Part shown: positions 1 to 12,320 of the stretch, piece by piece | Position numbering within the stretch: position 1 is the first letter of the stretch | Layout: each line of letters begins with the position of its first letter | Notes under the pieces: generated by a model | The model's input: the letters and a program-made list of their open reading frames with translations, nothing else | Databases searched by the model: none | Told to the model about the DNA's origin: nothing | Origin: Perkinsela sp. CCAP 1560/9 | Lineage: Eukaryota > Protista > Euglenozoa: Kinetoplastea | Length of the DNA stretch: 64,000 nucleotides | NCBI GenBank assembly: GCA_965644495.1 | Contig: CBFFSA010000002.1 | Location: 806,001 to 870,000, forward strand | Direction of reading: 5' to 3' | Made by a program: the position numbers and the translations under genes

Positions 1-173
1 CTAATAGCACTGTCGTTGTTCTTATTTTCAACAAAAAGCACGAATTTCTGTCTCCTACACCTTCCCCTCATCGTCGCCACGACCCATCGATTTCGAACCT
101 TTTCTTGACGAAAGCACATCCACTCCCAACGCCCCCCACCTCGTCGTCTCCCTCTTCCTCTCTTTCTTTTTAA

Positions 174-2015
174 ATGCCCCTCACCTTGAACACTCACAAA
201 GCCGGGCTCTCGGAGGTGGACCTTACCCGTACCGATGCCGTACTGAACAGCACACGGGCTCGCGCCTCCAAATACTACCAACACCAGGAGGCTTTAAACC
301 AAAAGGCACAACGGCGTATTCAGCTGTGGCTTGAGAAAGTTCGACATGCTCGGTCCCAGCCTGCTTTGCTCGCACGGTGGGGGCAGGAGGTGCGGCAGGT
401 CTACGCGGGGCTCCGGCGCCCCCCTCTCCATGAGGCGTACCTCCACATGGACATGGACGCCTTCTTCGCGAGTGTCGAGATGCGGGACTGTCCAGCCCTC
501 GGGGACGTCCCCCTTGGCGTGGGCTCGGACTACATGCTCAGCACCAGCAACTACCACGCCCGGAGATACGGTGTGCGTGCGGGGATGCCAGGGTTCCTCG
601 CGCGTGAGCTGTGCCCCAGCCTGGTGATTGTCCCCTGCCAGTTTGCGAAATACGAAGCTATCGGGGATTCGATTCGGCAATCCGTGCTGCGGGGGTATGA
701 CCCGGAGTTTCGCTCCCTCTCGTGTGATGAGGCCACACTGCATCTCACTTCGTACTGTGAGGCACATGGGGTGAGTCCCGCGGAGGTGGCAGAGGGGGTG
801 CGTACAGAGGTGTACCGTCTGACTTCCCTGACGTGTAGTGTCGGGGTTGCCCCCACCCCCTCGCTGAGTAAGCTCGCGGCGCAGGAAGAAAAGCCCAATG
901 GCTGCTCCGTGTTGTCGTTCACGACACAAGAAGCGTTTGACGACTATGTGCGAGAGATTCCTGTACGGAAAGTGCCGTTTCTCGGCAAACGTGCTGAGGA
1001 GCAACTTCATGCGCTGCATATTTACACTCTAGGAGATATCAACACGAATAGTGCCGTTCTGTGGGGCACACTGCCACGAAAGACGGCCCTGTTCTTTCTG
1101 TCGTGTGCTCGGGGATGGGGTGGTTCTTTTCCGGATTCCTTGTGTGAAATTGGTGAGCCCTTGTCACGTCCGTCTCGGGTTCTGCGCGTTTCAAAGCACA
1201 CCGAGGATACCGAGCATTCCATTAGTAAAGAACGGACTTTTCCTCCTCCGCTAACCCGCGAGGCGTTACTTTCTCAGTTCGAAAGAGTGTTTACAAAGGT
1301 GTGGGAATACTACCTGGGAGAATATGTGGAGTCGAGCCTGTTGTCATGTGTCACCGTAAAGCTGAAGTTTACTTCCTTTGAAACAAAGCAACGATGCTTC
1401 CGACTTTCTACTCCAGTAAATGATAGAAAGGTGATTCACCAATGTGCGTACCGATTATTAGGGACAGAGGGCTTTCCGTTGGATTTAAGGTTACTAGGAA
1501 TTAAGCTTACACTCCATCCCATACGACAATCTCTACAAAGTATACTACCTCAGGCGTTTTCTGTGAAGGACGAGGAAATAGATTTCACTACCGAAGTGGC
1601 TCAATCCAGTGATATTTCCAGAGCAACTTTTACCACGTCGAGCAATCCGGAGGAGCTGAAACAAAGTTCTCTTACACAGTTCAGTGTGTTAAGGAAGCCA
1701 AATTCATCTGAGGCTTCATCTGAGCGCTTCAAATCATCTGAGGAAGTGAAGAACTCCACTTCACATGAGGGGATATTGCTGTGCTCCCTCGAGAGTGACT
1801 CCGAAGTTGAGTTTGTCGGTGTGAATGCTTCTCGAAAGGAGTCGTGCAACAAATCAAAATCCCTTTTTCAAAAACGTTATCACAAAAATACAGCTCGCAA
1901 CGAGGATATTATACCGTCCGAAAAAAGCGCAAAAAAAGCTAGAAAAGTCGGTAAAAAAGGGGAGAATAGAAAGAAAGCCGACGAAAAGGAAACCATTGTT
2001 CTGTCACTTACTTGA
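174..2015 (+). CDS. POLK: Y-family DNA polymerase kappa (DinB)
   Basis: 613-aa ORF with HMDMDAFFASVE, LSTSNYHARRYGVRAGMPGF, SLSCDEA, SKLAAQEEKPNG and little-finger TVKLKFTSFE...LRLLGI motifs. Confidence 0.95.
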   Translation: MPLTLNTHKAGLSEVDLTRTDAVLNSTRARASKYYQHQEALNQKAQRRIQLWLEKVRHARSQPALLARWGQEVRQVYAGLRRPPLHEAYLHMDMDAFFASVEMRDCPALGDVPLGVGSDYMLSTSNYHARRYGVRAGMPGFLARELCPSLVIVPCQFAKYEAIGDSIRQSVLRGYDPEFRSLSCDEATLHLTSYCEAHGVSPAEVAEGVRTEVYRLTSLTCSVGVAPTPSLSKLAAQEEKPNGCSVLSFTTQEAFDDYVREIPVRKVPFLGKRAEEQLHALHIYTLGDINTNSAVLWGTLPRKTALFFLSCARGWGGSFPDSLCEIGEPLSRPSRVLRVSKHTEDTEHSISKERTFPPPLTREALLSQFERVFTKVWEYYLGEYVESSLLSCVTVKLKFTSFETKQRCFRLSTPVNDRKVIHQCAYRLLGTEGFPLDLRLLGIKLTLHPIRQSLQSILPQAFSVKDEEIDFTTEVAQSSDISRATFTTSSNPEELKQSSLTQFSVLRKPNSSEASSERFKSSEEVKNSTSHEGILLCSLESDSEVEFVGVNASRKESCNKSKSLFQKRYHKNTARNEDIIPSEKSAKKARKVGKKGENRKKADEKETIVLSLT

Positions 2016-2682
2016 AATATCAAAGGAATTTTTGTTTCATTTTTCAAGGGAGTCTGCAAGTCTCGGCTGTCACGAAACGTCACGCGTAGCCACATTCTCC
2101 TCCAAGAGTTTCATTCATCCTCCTCCAAGAGTTTGTTCAAAAAGGAATCAACAATTTCGTTTGCAGATAAAGTGAGAAGATTTTGTAAAAAAAAATTGAG
2201 TAGTGTTGAGCAATTATTTCCTTATGATTTTCCAAAACCGCCGGATCAGGACCTTCGGATGTGAAAACATTAGCAAACCATGCCAATCGTTTCTTTTCCC
2301 AGAGGGCAAAGGCCCCTCAGAGGGCCGTCCGCCAACCGTTGCGAACTTATACGTCGTTCCAAAAGGTACTTGTACATCGTTCCAAAAGGTCGCTTTCGGG
2401 AGCTCATGATATTTTAACAAAATTGAGTAACTAAAATTGTGGTTTATAATTTCAAAGGTGAGTTTAGAATTATGATCCTAATAACTTTTACTAATTTTAG
2501 GATATGTCACATAGTTGCTATATGATCCTAGCATTAGTAGAATAAATGAGTGGGCGATATTATAGAAACGAAATAATCACGGTATTGTATAAAATGATAA
2601 AATGCTTGAAGAAAACCTTGAGATATTTTACTCTTAGCATAGACAACTTCTTGCAAAAAAAAATTCTGTTGGTACATACTGT

Positions 2683-3393
2683 ATGCTTGGAGGCACTTGT
2701 TTTCTCACTTTTTCTTACGCTAAAGACGAGTCTTTGCCGCACCCATCAACATTGACTAGGCGGGGAAAGATAAGTTCGGCGCTTGATGTGCCTCACGAAA
2801 TTACATTGAGTTATTTTTTAGCCAACGTGGAATCAACGAAATTGTCGTGGAACTCATCTGAAAGTGCTTGCACGTGGAATGGGGTTCGTTGTGACGCGAA
2901 TCGTGAGGTAACAAAAATAGATTGGCACTCTCAGCAGCTTGTTGGCAATGTCACATGGTCGCATCTTCCCTGGTCCTTGGTTTATTTAAATCTATCACAC
3001 AATCGTCTCGCTCAAGGTATTAATTTCTCCGTGCTTCCACAAAGGCTTAAAGAAATTCGATTTACTCGGGATGGCTTCTATGGATCTGTTGCTCTCCATC
3101 TTCTCCCCACCTCGTTACTTGAGCTCTATGTGGATTACAACCGCCTCAATGGAACTTTGCTTTTGACCGACCTCCCAGCGGAACTACGAATTCTAGCTTT
3201 GGACCACAATCTATTCGTGGGAACTTTTTCTTTGGCCAATTTACCCCGTAATCTTCGTGAGCTGTATCTTAACCACAATCAACTACGCGGCAAAGTGGCA
3301 ATCGGTGAGCTGCCATCCGGAACGCGTATATTCCACGTACATGGGAACTCTGGGACGTGCATTACGGGTACGCATCCAGCATACCTGTCTTAA
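2683..3393 (+). CDS. small leucine-rich repeat (LRR) protein
   Basis: CTWNGVRC cap and ~24-aa LPxxLxxLxLxxNxxxG repeats; leader RRGKI. Confidence 0.9.
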   Translation: MLGGTCFLTFSYAKDESLPHPSTLTRRGKISSALDVPHEITLSYFLANVESTKLSWNSSESACTWNGVRCDANREVTKIDWHSQQLVGNVTWSHLPWSLVYLNLSHNRLAQGINFSVLPQRLKEIRFTRDGFYGSVALHLLPTSLLELYVDYNRLNGTLLLTDLPAELRILALDHNLFVGTFSLANLPRNLRELYLNHNQLRGKVAIGELPSGTRIFHVHGNSGTCITGTHPAYLS

Positions 3394-4089
3394 GACATAC
3401 CACATGCAATAAGAAAAAAAGGGTCAAGTATGGTGAAAATACACCATAGAGAATACCCTAAGAAACCAGCCTTTTAAAAACCTTTCTAACAAAAGTCAAA
3501 TATGATTTTTCATTATTCTAAGATATTCTAAGACACTTTGCGACATTTTTCACTGATATACGCAATAAAATTTATCGATGCTCTGTAAGATCATGGAAAC
3601 AGTGCGCCAAGTTGGCAAAGTCCCAAAACGCGGTTTTCTCAAATGATAAAGTTTTTTTAGTAGTTACCTTTTTTAGACTTTTAATATTTTCGAGCATTTT
3701 TGTCTAAAACAAATTGTCAGCCTGTCATTGATTTCAGTTCATCTCCTTTTTTAAGTTATGACAACGGACATAGGACAGGATAGAGTAATACCACACTACG
3801 TGTCGAATGAAGAATGACACTACGTGTCGATGAAGGAGAACCGCGTAGATCCCTGTAGCCGAAATCGTATTCGACTTGGCGATAGGATGGAATAGAACTG
3901 GTGAAAAGTGAATTTGGGTGTACTAGAACCCAGTTTGAATTCGTATCTGTCACGTTTACTAAGAGGGCTGAAACCTGGAGGATCCTGCCACTTATCAGGT
4001 GGGATCGGTCGGGATCGGTGATTGAGTAGCTCCTTGTGATACTTCATTTTTTACTACGTTTTTGGTGACCCTTTTTTCTATCGCTTTTT

Positions 4090-4203
4090 ATTCTTTTTTA
4101 GGCTCTTCGTTAAACGTGGGGGTTGTTTTCAACTTAGATGACACCACTTCTGCGCGCTTCGCCTTGAAAACTACCGCCACGTTTAACGAAGAGCCTAAAA
4201 AAT
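4090..4203. repeat. solo ~110-bp palindrome of family A (putative rolling-circle element end)
   Basis: ttttaggctcttcgttaaacg...cgtttaacgaagagcctaaaa arms, same as 7 other copies in the window. Confidence 0.85.
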
Positions 4204-4255
4204 TGGAGAACGATACTAAAACGACAATGATCGCATCAACTTTGCTTGTTAAGTA

Positions 4256-4561
4256 CCGTATACCCCCCCCAGTAAGAGAGATTTGGCCCTTTTTGGGCTG
4301 ACCCCCAGTAAGAGAGATTTGGATCGGGAGCCCCACAGGGGGCGTTCAGGGGGGTAGGGGGTGGGTGTCTGCATGTTGGGGGCCTCGGGGGTAACCCAAA
4401 GAAGCATTTTAACACGTTTTCAGAAGAAAAAATAGAAAAAATAGTCAAAAAAGTTGGGAGAAAAGTGGAAACTGGCCAAAAAAGCATACCCCCCCCCGGT
4501 AAGAGAGATTTGGCCATTTCGACCCAAAACCCATTCTCTTACTGGGGGGGGGGGGGTACGG
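4256..4561. mobile_element. TA-flanked MITE (Tc1/pogo type, CCGTA termini)
   Basis: TA|ccgtatac(c)n-agtaagaga ... tctcttact(g)n-tacgg|TA; relatives at ~51975-52246 and ~59565-59645. Confidence 0.8.
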
Positions 4562-5436
4562 TAGTACTTTACTTGTTGCGCAGGATTGTCTCTGGTGATT
4601 GGGCCTGGACGTCGTTCAAACCAGGTCCTTGTGATGGTGTTTGTTGCTGGTTTAAAAATCCGTTCCGCACGGTGCTGCCAACTTCACGTGCGACATTTCC
4701 CAGCATTCCGAGAGGCGTAGTTGGATGTGGGTCTCGAGTAGGTTCTAAAATGTTCAATCGTGTACTTTCTGGTGGTGTCGCCGTGTGTCGTACCGGTCGT
4801 GATGATTTCGACGAAGATGTGCGCGGGGAAGTTAGGGCTCCCCCCCCCGATCCGCGGCTTCTTGCGCTTGGGAACGGGTGGCGACCATTAAAAAATTAAT
4901 ATCGTGGTGGAAAAAAAGCTGTCGTGATTTGGAACTCGCACCCGCCGCGTCCCACGAAATTCAATTGTAATACTTCTTACAGGTTCCAACACAACTCCGG
5001 TCTCATCACCCATGAGGATGACAGAGTAACCTCTGCGATCGACGTTCGTCAAAGTCAGTTCAGGTACGCTACTTAGAGGGCTGAAACCACCTGGGTTCGC
5101 CTAGGTTTGCCTGGGTTTGTTAATTTTCTATATTGTACAGTGGTTTCAAGATATCTTCCCCCTTGCGGAATTTTGTTTTCTGTTTTTTTCTCATTTTGGC
5201 AGCATTGGATAGATCTCGTTCCCCTGGTGAATACATGTAGCTTTGCCGCCTTGTTTATGCAGGGACCCCCTGGTTCCCCCTGGGTCCAAAATACATGGTT
5301 TTTGGGAGGTCATTTTTCTAAAACACATCATTTCTTTTCGCTTTTTTTGTCTTTTTATGCTTTGTTAAAATATCTTCTCTCGCATTTTAGCTTGTTTTCA
5401 TTGTGTTTGATAGATCTCGTTCCCCTAGCAAATACA

Positions 5437-6882
5437 TTGCGGTGGTTGTATAACTACCGCTCTACCCTCGATTATTGAAAAAAAAAGTGAACAAAAACAG
5501 TGAAAATATAAAGAGGAACACAGTAATACAGTGGTTTCAGTTGATCTTGCCCCCCCCTCGGAATTTTGTTTTTTTTATCCGTTTTTGCTCAACTTTTCAG
5601 CATTGGAGAGATCTCGTTCCCCTAGCGAAGAGCTTCGCCGCCGTTTTTTCATAGAGACCCCCTGGTGCCCCCTGGGTCCAAAAACCCCTGTTTTTTTGGA
5701 CGTTTTCTGTGTACACAACCATTTTTTGCCACATTTTCCCGATTTTTTTGTACTTTTTGCACATGTAAGTACGAGTAATAGTGTTCTAAATTGATAATTT
5801 GAAAGCTCCATGTCTAGTACCAGCCCTATCGCTTAATTTAATATAGTCAACACCTCTACATTATGCAGACCAGACCCTCTAACCCCAAACAGGGGGAGTA
5901 CGTACAAGGATGGAATGACAAAAGAGAAGACAACCCCCCAATATCCCACAAAGGAACCGTGGCATTACCTGCCACGGTTGCCACTGTGCAAAACAATGGA
6001 GGCCATTCCGGATACTACTGTATACTACTGTAGTTCTTTTCCTTCAGAGTTAACTTTTAGACAAAAATTCCCTGTTTTGTTCCATTTTTGATATGGTAAA
6101 AAAATGTCATTTGTTTTATTTTAGTCAACTTTCAGGCCACCCAGGGGGCACCAGGGGGTCTCTATGACAAAAAAGCGGCAAAGCTCTTCGCTAGGGGAAC
6201 AAGATCTCTCCAATGCTGCAAAGATGAGCAAACACGGATAAAAAAAAATCAAAATTCCGAGGGGGGGCAAGATCAACTGAAACCACTGCATAATAGAAGA
6301 AAAATATATAAAAGGGGCTCCGGTGGTCCAAAACTGAAAAAAAAATTCACAAAAATGGGGGGTCCATTGGGGGGGGGGCATACGTCGCGAATTTTTTTTC
6401 GAATTTTTTGCTTTTCGAAATCGAGCGTAGGGAAATGGTAGAGTATACCTCGGCAATAATTTTCCACCCCCCCCCTGGGGGTACCCCACCTGGTACGCGC
6501 GGGAGCGGTCCGACAAGGTCAAAATTTCCGAAATTTTTGGGGTGACCAAAAAATATTTTTTTTGGACCCAAAAAAAAGTAAAAATGTTATTTTTCCAAAT
6601 TCGACTCCTAAAACGTGTTTTAGGAGTTTGGGACCTCAGCTACCATTCTGCGACGTTTTTTGCGTCAGATTCGCCTCCTACCCCTACTGGTAAGGCATCC
6701 AAAGCGGCCCAAATTCGGGTTAAAATTTCACATTTTTTGCCGAAAAATCGAGGTTTTTACCCCCAAAAAATAGATTATGCATGATCTTTTCGCGATTTTT
6801 CTTTTTTAGGCTCTTCGTTAAACGCGGAGGTAGTTTTCAACGCGAAGCGCGCAGCATGAGTGACTTCTAAGTTGAAAACAAC
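5437..6882 (+). mobile_element. family A1 putative rolling-circle (Helentron/Helitron2-like) non-autonomous element, interrupted by a Tc1-type MITE, 3' palindrome truncated
   Basis: Starts TTGcggtggttgtataactaccgc hairpin; body collinear with 41645-42355 once 5529-6288 is removed. Confidence 0.65.
5529..6288. mobile_element. Tc1/mariner-type MITE with ~150-bp TIRs
   Basis: TA|cagtggtttcagttgatcttgccccc ... gggggcaagatcaactgaaaccactg|CA (mutated TA); inserted in an A1 element; related left end at 5138. Confidence 0.85.
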
Positions 6883-7599
6883 ATGCCCTCCCCCTGGGCC
6901 CCCCCTGGACCCCCCCCTGGACCCCCCCCCTGGACCCCTCCCGGACCCCTCCCGGACCCCCCCCCTGGATCCCCCAAGAGTCCGATTTTTTTGAAAATGT
7001 TTGGACCACCGGAGCCCCTTTTATATATTTTTCGGCTATGTCTCTACTTCGTTGACGGGTCAACCAATTGGCTGCCACTTCGTTGACAGTAAATCCGACT
7101 GTCCAATAAGATCTAATAGAATCCAATAGGATCCAATAAGATCCAATAGATCCAACCCAAATAGATCGATTAAAAATCGATTAAAAATACTACTGTTTCA
7201 AAACTCGTGACGGCTTCTTTCTCTTGGAGGACTCCTTTCTCTTAGTGTCCCCAACTTTGTCAAATTCTCTTGACCTCTTACAACTTTTTTCTTTACCGAT
7301 TTCTGGCTTATTCAGGGATAAAGTAGAAATTTCATCAGACGATTCCTCGCCGGGCTCTACAGAACGGGAGCTGTCCTTTTTAGGCATTGGATCACTTGCA
7401 GTATGTGTTTCCTTGCGTTTCGAAGAATTTTTTGCAACATTGGACACTGTGCAAGTCTTGGTTGGCATGAATTGGCACAAGTTGGCATGAATTGGCATAA
7501 GTTGGCATGAGTAGCCATGTTTTTGTTTTATCAGCCAATTTAAATCTTTTTTCGGTGCGTTCTACAAAGTTTAGTTACAAATGTATATTCGTTAAAAGT

Positions 7600-7815
7600 C
7601 ATCTAAAGGACGACAACGTGGTGTCGTTTATCTCGGGACTGCAGGTGACAATGCAGACCAAACACACCTACTTGAAGCACCTCATTTCAGTGCTAACAAA
7701 AGCGCAAAGACCGGCAACCCATTCGGAGTTGCTAGCAAAGACGCTGGTCCGGCCCGGCGCGTCGATACCGCTGCGACAGGCGCGCCCGATAACCAAAGAA
7801 CAAATAACTACCTTA
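7600..7815 (+). pseudogene. probable fragment of a TATE/VIPER-like tyrosine-recombinase ORF
   Basis: TKHTYLKHL...GASIPLRQARPITKEQITTLL resembles, from recall, the linker before the catalytic domain of kinetoplastid TATE recombinases; frame resumes at 8384 (LPRMTPEMKLVIVL). Confidence 0.4.
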
Positions 7816-8385
7816 TTGAGGGAGATACTACTCCCTCGCTACCCAGTACTAATAAAATTTGGCCCGAAATTTCGCCCGAAATTTGGCCCGAAAAAAGTTT
7901 TTCCGGAAAAGGTTTTTTTCGCAAAGAACCAAAGGCAGCACCATAAGGAAAAAAGAATTTTAGGAAAGAAAAACGCACCTTTTGGACGACTCGAGACCCC
8001 CTCCTTCGGAAGCGATTTGCAAACCCCAATTTCCCACGTATGCTTTTTGCAACTTGAAGTTTGGGATACACAAGACCGTAGAGGAAGGAGGAGGCGCAAG
8101 GCAAAAGGCAGAAGGCGGAGCCTTCTGCCTTTTTGCCGCAGAGACGACGACTTCCTCGCGTGGGAAGCTGTATGGAGTCCTAGGGAACATTTTTTTCCTA
8201 TGTAACCCAGGGCAAAGTGGACGAGGGAGATACCAAAAGTTTAGGCGCGGCAGTTTCCAAAGGAAAAACGGTATCTCCCTTATGGCATGAAGGCAAGCGC
8301 CTAAAACGGTGGAGATGCCGTTTTTCCTTTGGAAACTGCCGCAGCTAAACTTTTGGTATCTCCCTCGTCCACTTTGCCCTCGGTT
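7816..8385 (+). mobile_element. family B putative rolling-circle non-autonomous element (complete copy)
   Basis: 5' TTGagggagatactactccctc hairpin; 3' ~180-bp palindrome 8204-8385; removing it restores the interrupted reading frame. Confidence 0.7.
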
Positions 8386-9718
8386 GCCTCGCATGACTCC
8401 CGAAATGAAGCTTGTCATTGTACTGTCCGGTGGCATTGAACTGTCCTCGAAGGAGACTGGCGAATGGGGCGGTTGCGGACGTCCCCTTCGTTAGTCCTTT
8501 AGCAAGTTATGATGAAATACATTTGAGTATATATATATACAGTGTATATAGTGTATATATACAGTGTATATAGTTTACCCCGTTTCTTACAAGTTGATAA
8601 GAGCGTTACGTAGCAACAAAAGATCGTTACAATTATGAGCACTCATTACTTACGTACTTATTAAGAAAATGATATAGTGAGGGCCCGCGCGATGTCACCA
8701 AGGCCTAATTATTATGGATATTCCGTGGAGGGGGCATTGAGGTACAGGGTATGAAAAAATGCATGTGATTTCTGTATCCCTAAAAAATGTCTCATTATTC
8801 CCAGTTCTGGTTGGCATGAATTGGCACGAATTGGCATGAGTTGGCATGAATTGGCACAAGACGGCACGAGATGGCACCGGTTAGCTGCACAGTCTCCATT
8901 GGTTCGTGGGCGAATAATCTTCCGTGTTTGTGGCGAGTTTATGGTTTCAGAGAATCATTTTCCTTTAATTAGTATAATTCTTAATGGGTATTCTATGGTG
9001 AAAATGTACCTCAATTTTTTGAATTTCATTGATCAAATTCGGTTATTCTATTGACTTTTCACCCATTTTTGTCCACGTTTCGAATCCCCTCTTCTCTCTA
9101 TGAATCGTCTGGGGGGGCATAATGTTTTCATTCTTGGTGTTTCTCAGCTCAATCTTGCGAAAAACGGAAGAAAATGTGCCTATATGTCTTTAGAAACACT
9201 TTTGTGGGCGAATACACCCCGTATTATTTGTGGCGAGATACCACGTAAAAACAAACGTTTCAAGAGGCTTGAAGACGGTATAAAATGCCATTTAAAGGTT
9301 CCCAAGTTTTGGCCTTTTTCCTCTCTAAATCCTGCCTAGTCACCAAATTGCGTATTTGGCGACTCATTACTCAGCAAATGTCGCCGCTTTTTTCAGATGC
9401 ACTCCGATATTATGAAACCTGCGTTAATTTTTAACGTTCCACATAGTCTCAGCATGCGAATGAGGTAATCCATTTATCTTGTTTAGTGAGGGAACTTCGT
9501 GTCGACGAAGATCAACCGGTTCATTTGAAATCTGAGATTACCACTGATGATCTTACAGGGCATCGATGAATTTTATTGCGTATACCAGGGAAAACTGTCG
9601 CAAAGTGTCTTAGAATATCTTAGAATAATGCCGAATCACATTTGTTTTTTGTTAGAATGTTTTTTCAAAAAGTTGTTTTTTAGGGTACATTTTCACCATA
9701 GTCCGCCCTTCTTAATTA

Positions 9719-10366
9719 ATGTTTCCGCGGTATTCTTTAATTTTTTTGCTATTTTTAGTTATGTCTGCCTTCCGGTATCTGTTCATTCACATTCGCTCGT
9801 CGGATTCCATGGAGTCCGCGCACCGCATCGGTAAAGTTCACGGAGCCCACTTGCCTCAAGAATTCGAGCTCGCGATGTTTATAGAAGACATAAAAAATCC
9901 CCACCCGAGCTGGAACACCGAAACTCCGGCGTGTGAGTGGAATGGGGTTCGATGCAACAAGGACGGCGAAGTTGTCGACATCTCTTGGGATAATCGCGCA
10001 CTGGTAGGTTCACTGCGGTGGAAGCATTTGCCTCGCACATTGGTACGCCTGGGACTTCAAAAAAATGATTTATGCGGCGCGGTGCGATTGGATAGTCTGC
10101 CCGAAGGCTTAGTCGGGTGTTATTTGGGATATAACCAGTTCTCCGGAAAAATAGACTTGAATAGCCTGCCAGACACTCTTCGGTACCTCTCTTTGCAATA
10201 TAACGATCTGGGAGGTATTGTGGACGTTTCGCAGCTTCCTGACAAGATTACGCACTTGTTTGTAAATAACAACAACAATTTGGAAGGTGATGTAAAGCTT
10301 TCGAAACTGCCCAAGTCCTTATCAACAAAAAATTGGTATGGTACTAAGATAAACGTTACTCCCTGA
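9719..10366 (+). CDS. small LRR protein
   Basis: Hydrophobic N-terminus, RIGKVHGAHLPQEFEL leader, CEWNGVRC cap, LRRs. Confidence 0.92.
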   Translation: MFPRYSLIFLLFLVMSAFRYLFIHIRSSDSMESAHRIGKVHGAHLPQEFELAMFIEDIKNPHPSWNTETPACEWNGVRCNKDGEVVDISWDNRALVGSLRWKHLPRTLVRLGLQKNDLCGAVRLDSLPEGLVGCYLGYNQFSGKIDLNSLPDTLRYLSLQYNDLGGIVDVSQLPDKITHLFVNNNNNLEGDVKLSKLPKSLSTKNWYGTKINVTP

Positions 10367-10941
10367 AGTTCACTTCGTTCAAACTCTTGAATCCGTCGAA
10401 AAATAGCTAAGAGCAGTAAGATAAAAATTTAAAAGGTTTTTTATTAGGAAAATAATGCTTTTCTTTGTACTTGGGATAAAAAACTTACAGGGGTGATAAT
10501 TCCTATTCGGTGTGTCCAAAAACGAAGTATCATTTTGGTTCCTTTTGTTTGTTGTGAAATTATAATTTCGGCATTTGAGGAGCTTTGGGTGTAATCTCGT
10601 GTGGCATCTTTTGGATCACCCGCAACATCTCATCTGTATTTCCAATTGTTTCTAAAAGATGTAGAAAGACATACAATTATGTACAATTATGTAAGAGTTT
10701 TCCAACGCTCTATCAAACCCTGTTCCAGGTTACTCCCCTGATCAAAAATAAACGAAACTAAAAATCTCGAAAAGGGAATTTAATTTTTACTTCCCCTTTT
10801 TCTTTTTTCGATTATCGATCTTAGTAGATTCAGCAGGCAAATACTCGTACAGGTAGCTTAAGGTTCATCATGGTGCCTTTTGGAGCTTTGCATATCCCCC
10901 TGAGACATTTTGAGCGACACTTTCTTTAAACTCTTTTTGTT

Positions 10942-11697
10942 TTGTTTTTTTGCAAAATTCATAAGATGATCCGGATCATAAATGTTTTTTTTTGCAAACA
11001 GATTAATTTTTTTCATATGGAGAATATGCAGAGACGCGATTTGCGACGGAGCCAATTCAGGCATGCCTCTATGCCTGAGAAAGCCTTGACGCAATTTTTG
11101 CGTAATATCGTTCACGATGAACCCTCATGGGATGCACGGGTTCCGTTGTCACAGTGGCGCGGCATACGAAGAGAAGGCAATTCTATTGATTGGCGCAGAG
11201 TTCAAGAGCACGAAATTGTGCTTTCTGGTAATTTTACTTGGGAGTATCTTCCCGAAAATGTTCAATTCTTTCGAATCTCTCAACAAGGTATCTCGGGTCC
11301 GTTTGATACCGCATTGTTACCCATCGAAATGGAAATCTTGGACATTTCCTATAATAGATTTTATGGAATACTTGACCTAACAAGTCTCCCGCCAAATATG
11401 CGAAAACTTTATGCTCACTTCAACTCATTTGGTGGGAGAATTTGTCTTTCATCTTTACCTGAAGGCATGGAACTGATAAATTTGTCATGGAATTATTTTA
11501 ATGGTGTTGCCGACGCATCTAATATACCTAATTCCTTAAGCTTTTTGCATTTGCATGGAAATGATATCATACTATTTCCCGAAGACTTAAGCGTCAGAAA
11601 CTTAATGAGTAATGCAGACATGGTTAATGACTGGGATTTTGTTTCAGCTTTGACAGCATTAGGCTACATGGTCATGGGTGGATGGCTGGTTTCGTGA
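10942..11697 (+). CDS. LRR protein with hydrophobic C-terminal tail (start uncertain; in-frame ATG at 10966)
   Basis: LSQWRGI cap, LRRs, C-terminal FVSALTALGYMVMGGWLVS. Confidence 0.88.
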   Translation: MFFCKIHKMIRIINVFFCKQINFFHMENMQRRDLRRSQFRHASMPEKALTQFLRNIVHDEPSWDARVPLSQWRGIRREGNSIDWRRVQEHEIVLSGNFTWEYLPENVQFFRISQQGISGPFDTALLPIEMEILDISYNRFYGILDLTSLPPNMRKLYAHFNSFGGRICLSSLPEGMELINLSWNYFNGVADASNIPNSLSFLHLHGNDIILFPEDLSVRNLMSNADMVNDWDFVSALTALGYMVMGGWLVS

Positions 11698-12320
11698 GCG
11701 TACTTGCCACTTAGTCTTGAAAAATATGCAATTCAGTACCTCACATCTCTTCCTCTGTGTGGTTCCTCTGTTGGCGAAGAACAAGTTTACACACCCCCTT
11801 GTACATGTCTTCATCTGTACGGGCGGATTATACTACGGTTATTTTTAATTGGGGTTCTTTTTAATTAAGATTATCTTTGACGCAAAACCCGTGGCAGGGG
11901 TATGTAGAGCAATGTAGGTATAGGTATGTACTATGTAGTCATAGTACAACTATTGTATAACTGTTATACAACCACGGCAAATAGTTATTAGAGGAGGCTA
12001 ATTTATAGTGGAGTTATAGCAAGTTCGCATTGCTAACTTAGAAATGTGGAAATAATTTCATATAACGATTCTGGCGATAATGCAGAGTAGCTTAAAGGGG
12101 GGCGGATATAAACCCCTGGCCAAAATAAGGCACCCCGCTCCAAAATCTCAATACTTCGCTTGTTTGAGCTAATTTTTGTTGCATTTTATAGATCTCAATA
12201 CAAAGAGTTTGCGCGTCGTGGGGGGGTTTCATACCAAGTTGTCGTTCAAAATTTTGAGATCTGTACGTTCCCGCTGTTTTTAGCTCATTTTAAAACTTTA
12301 AAATTCAGTAAAAAATTATA

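Noticed and set aside
7101-8880. Short tandem repeats (tccaatagga at ~7101-7160; ttggcatgaa at ~7461-7510 and ~8811-8880) as a functional array
   Set aside because: Simple degenerate 10-bp minisatellites within element debris, with no unique spacers or associated genes
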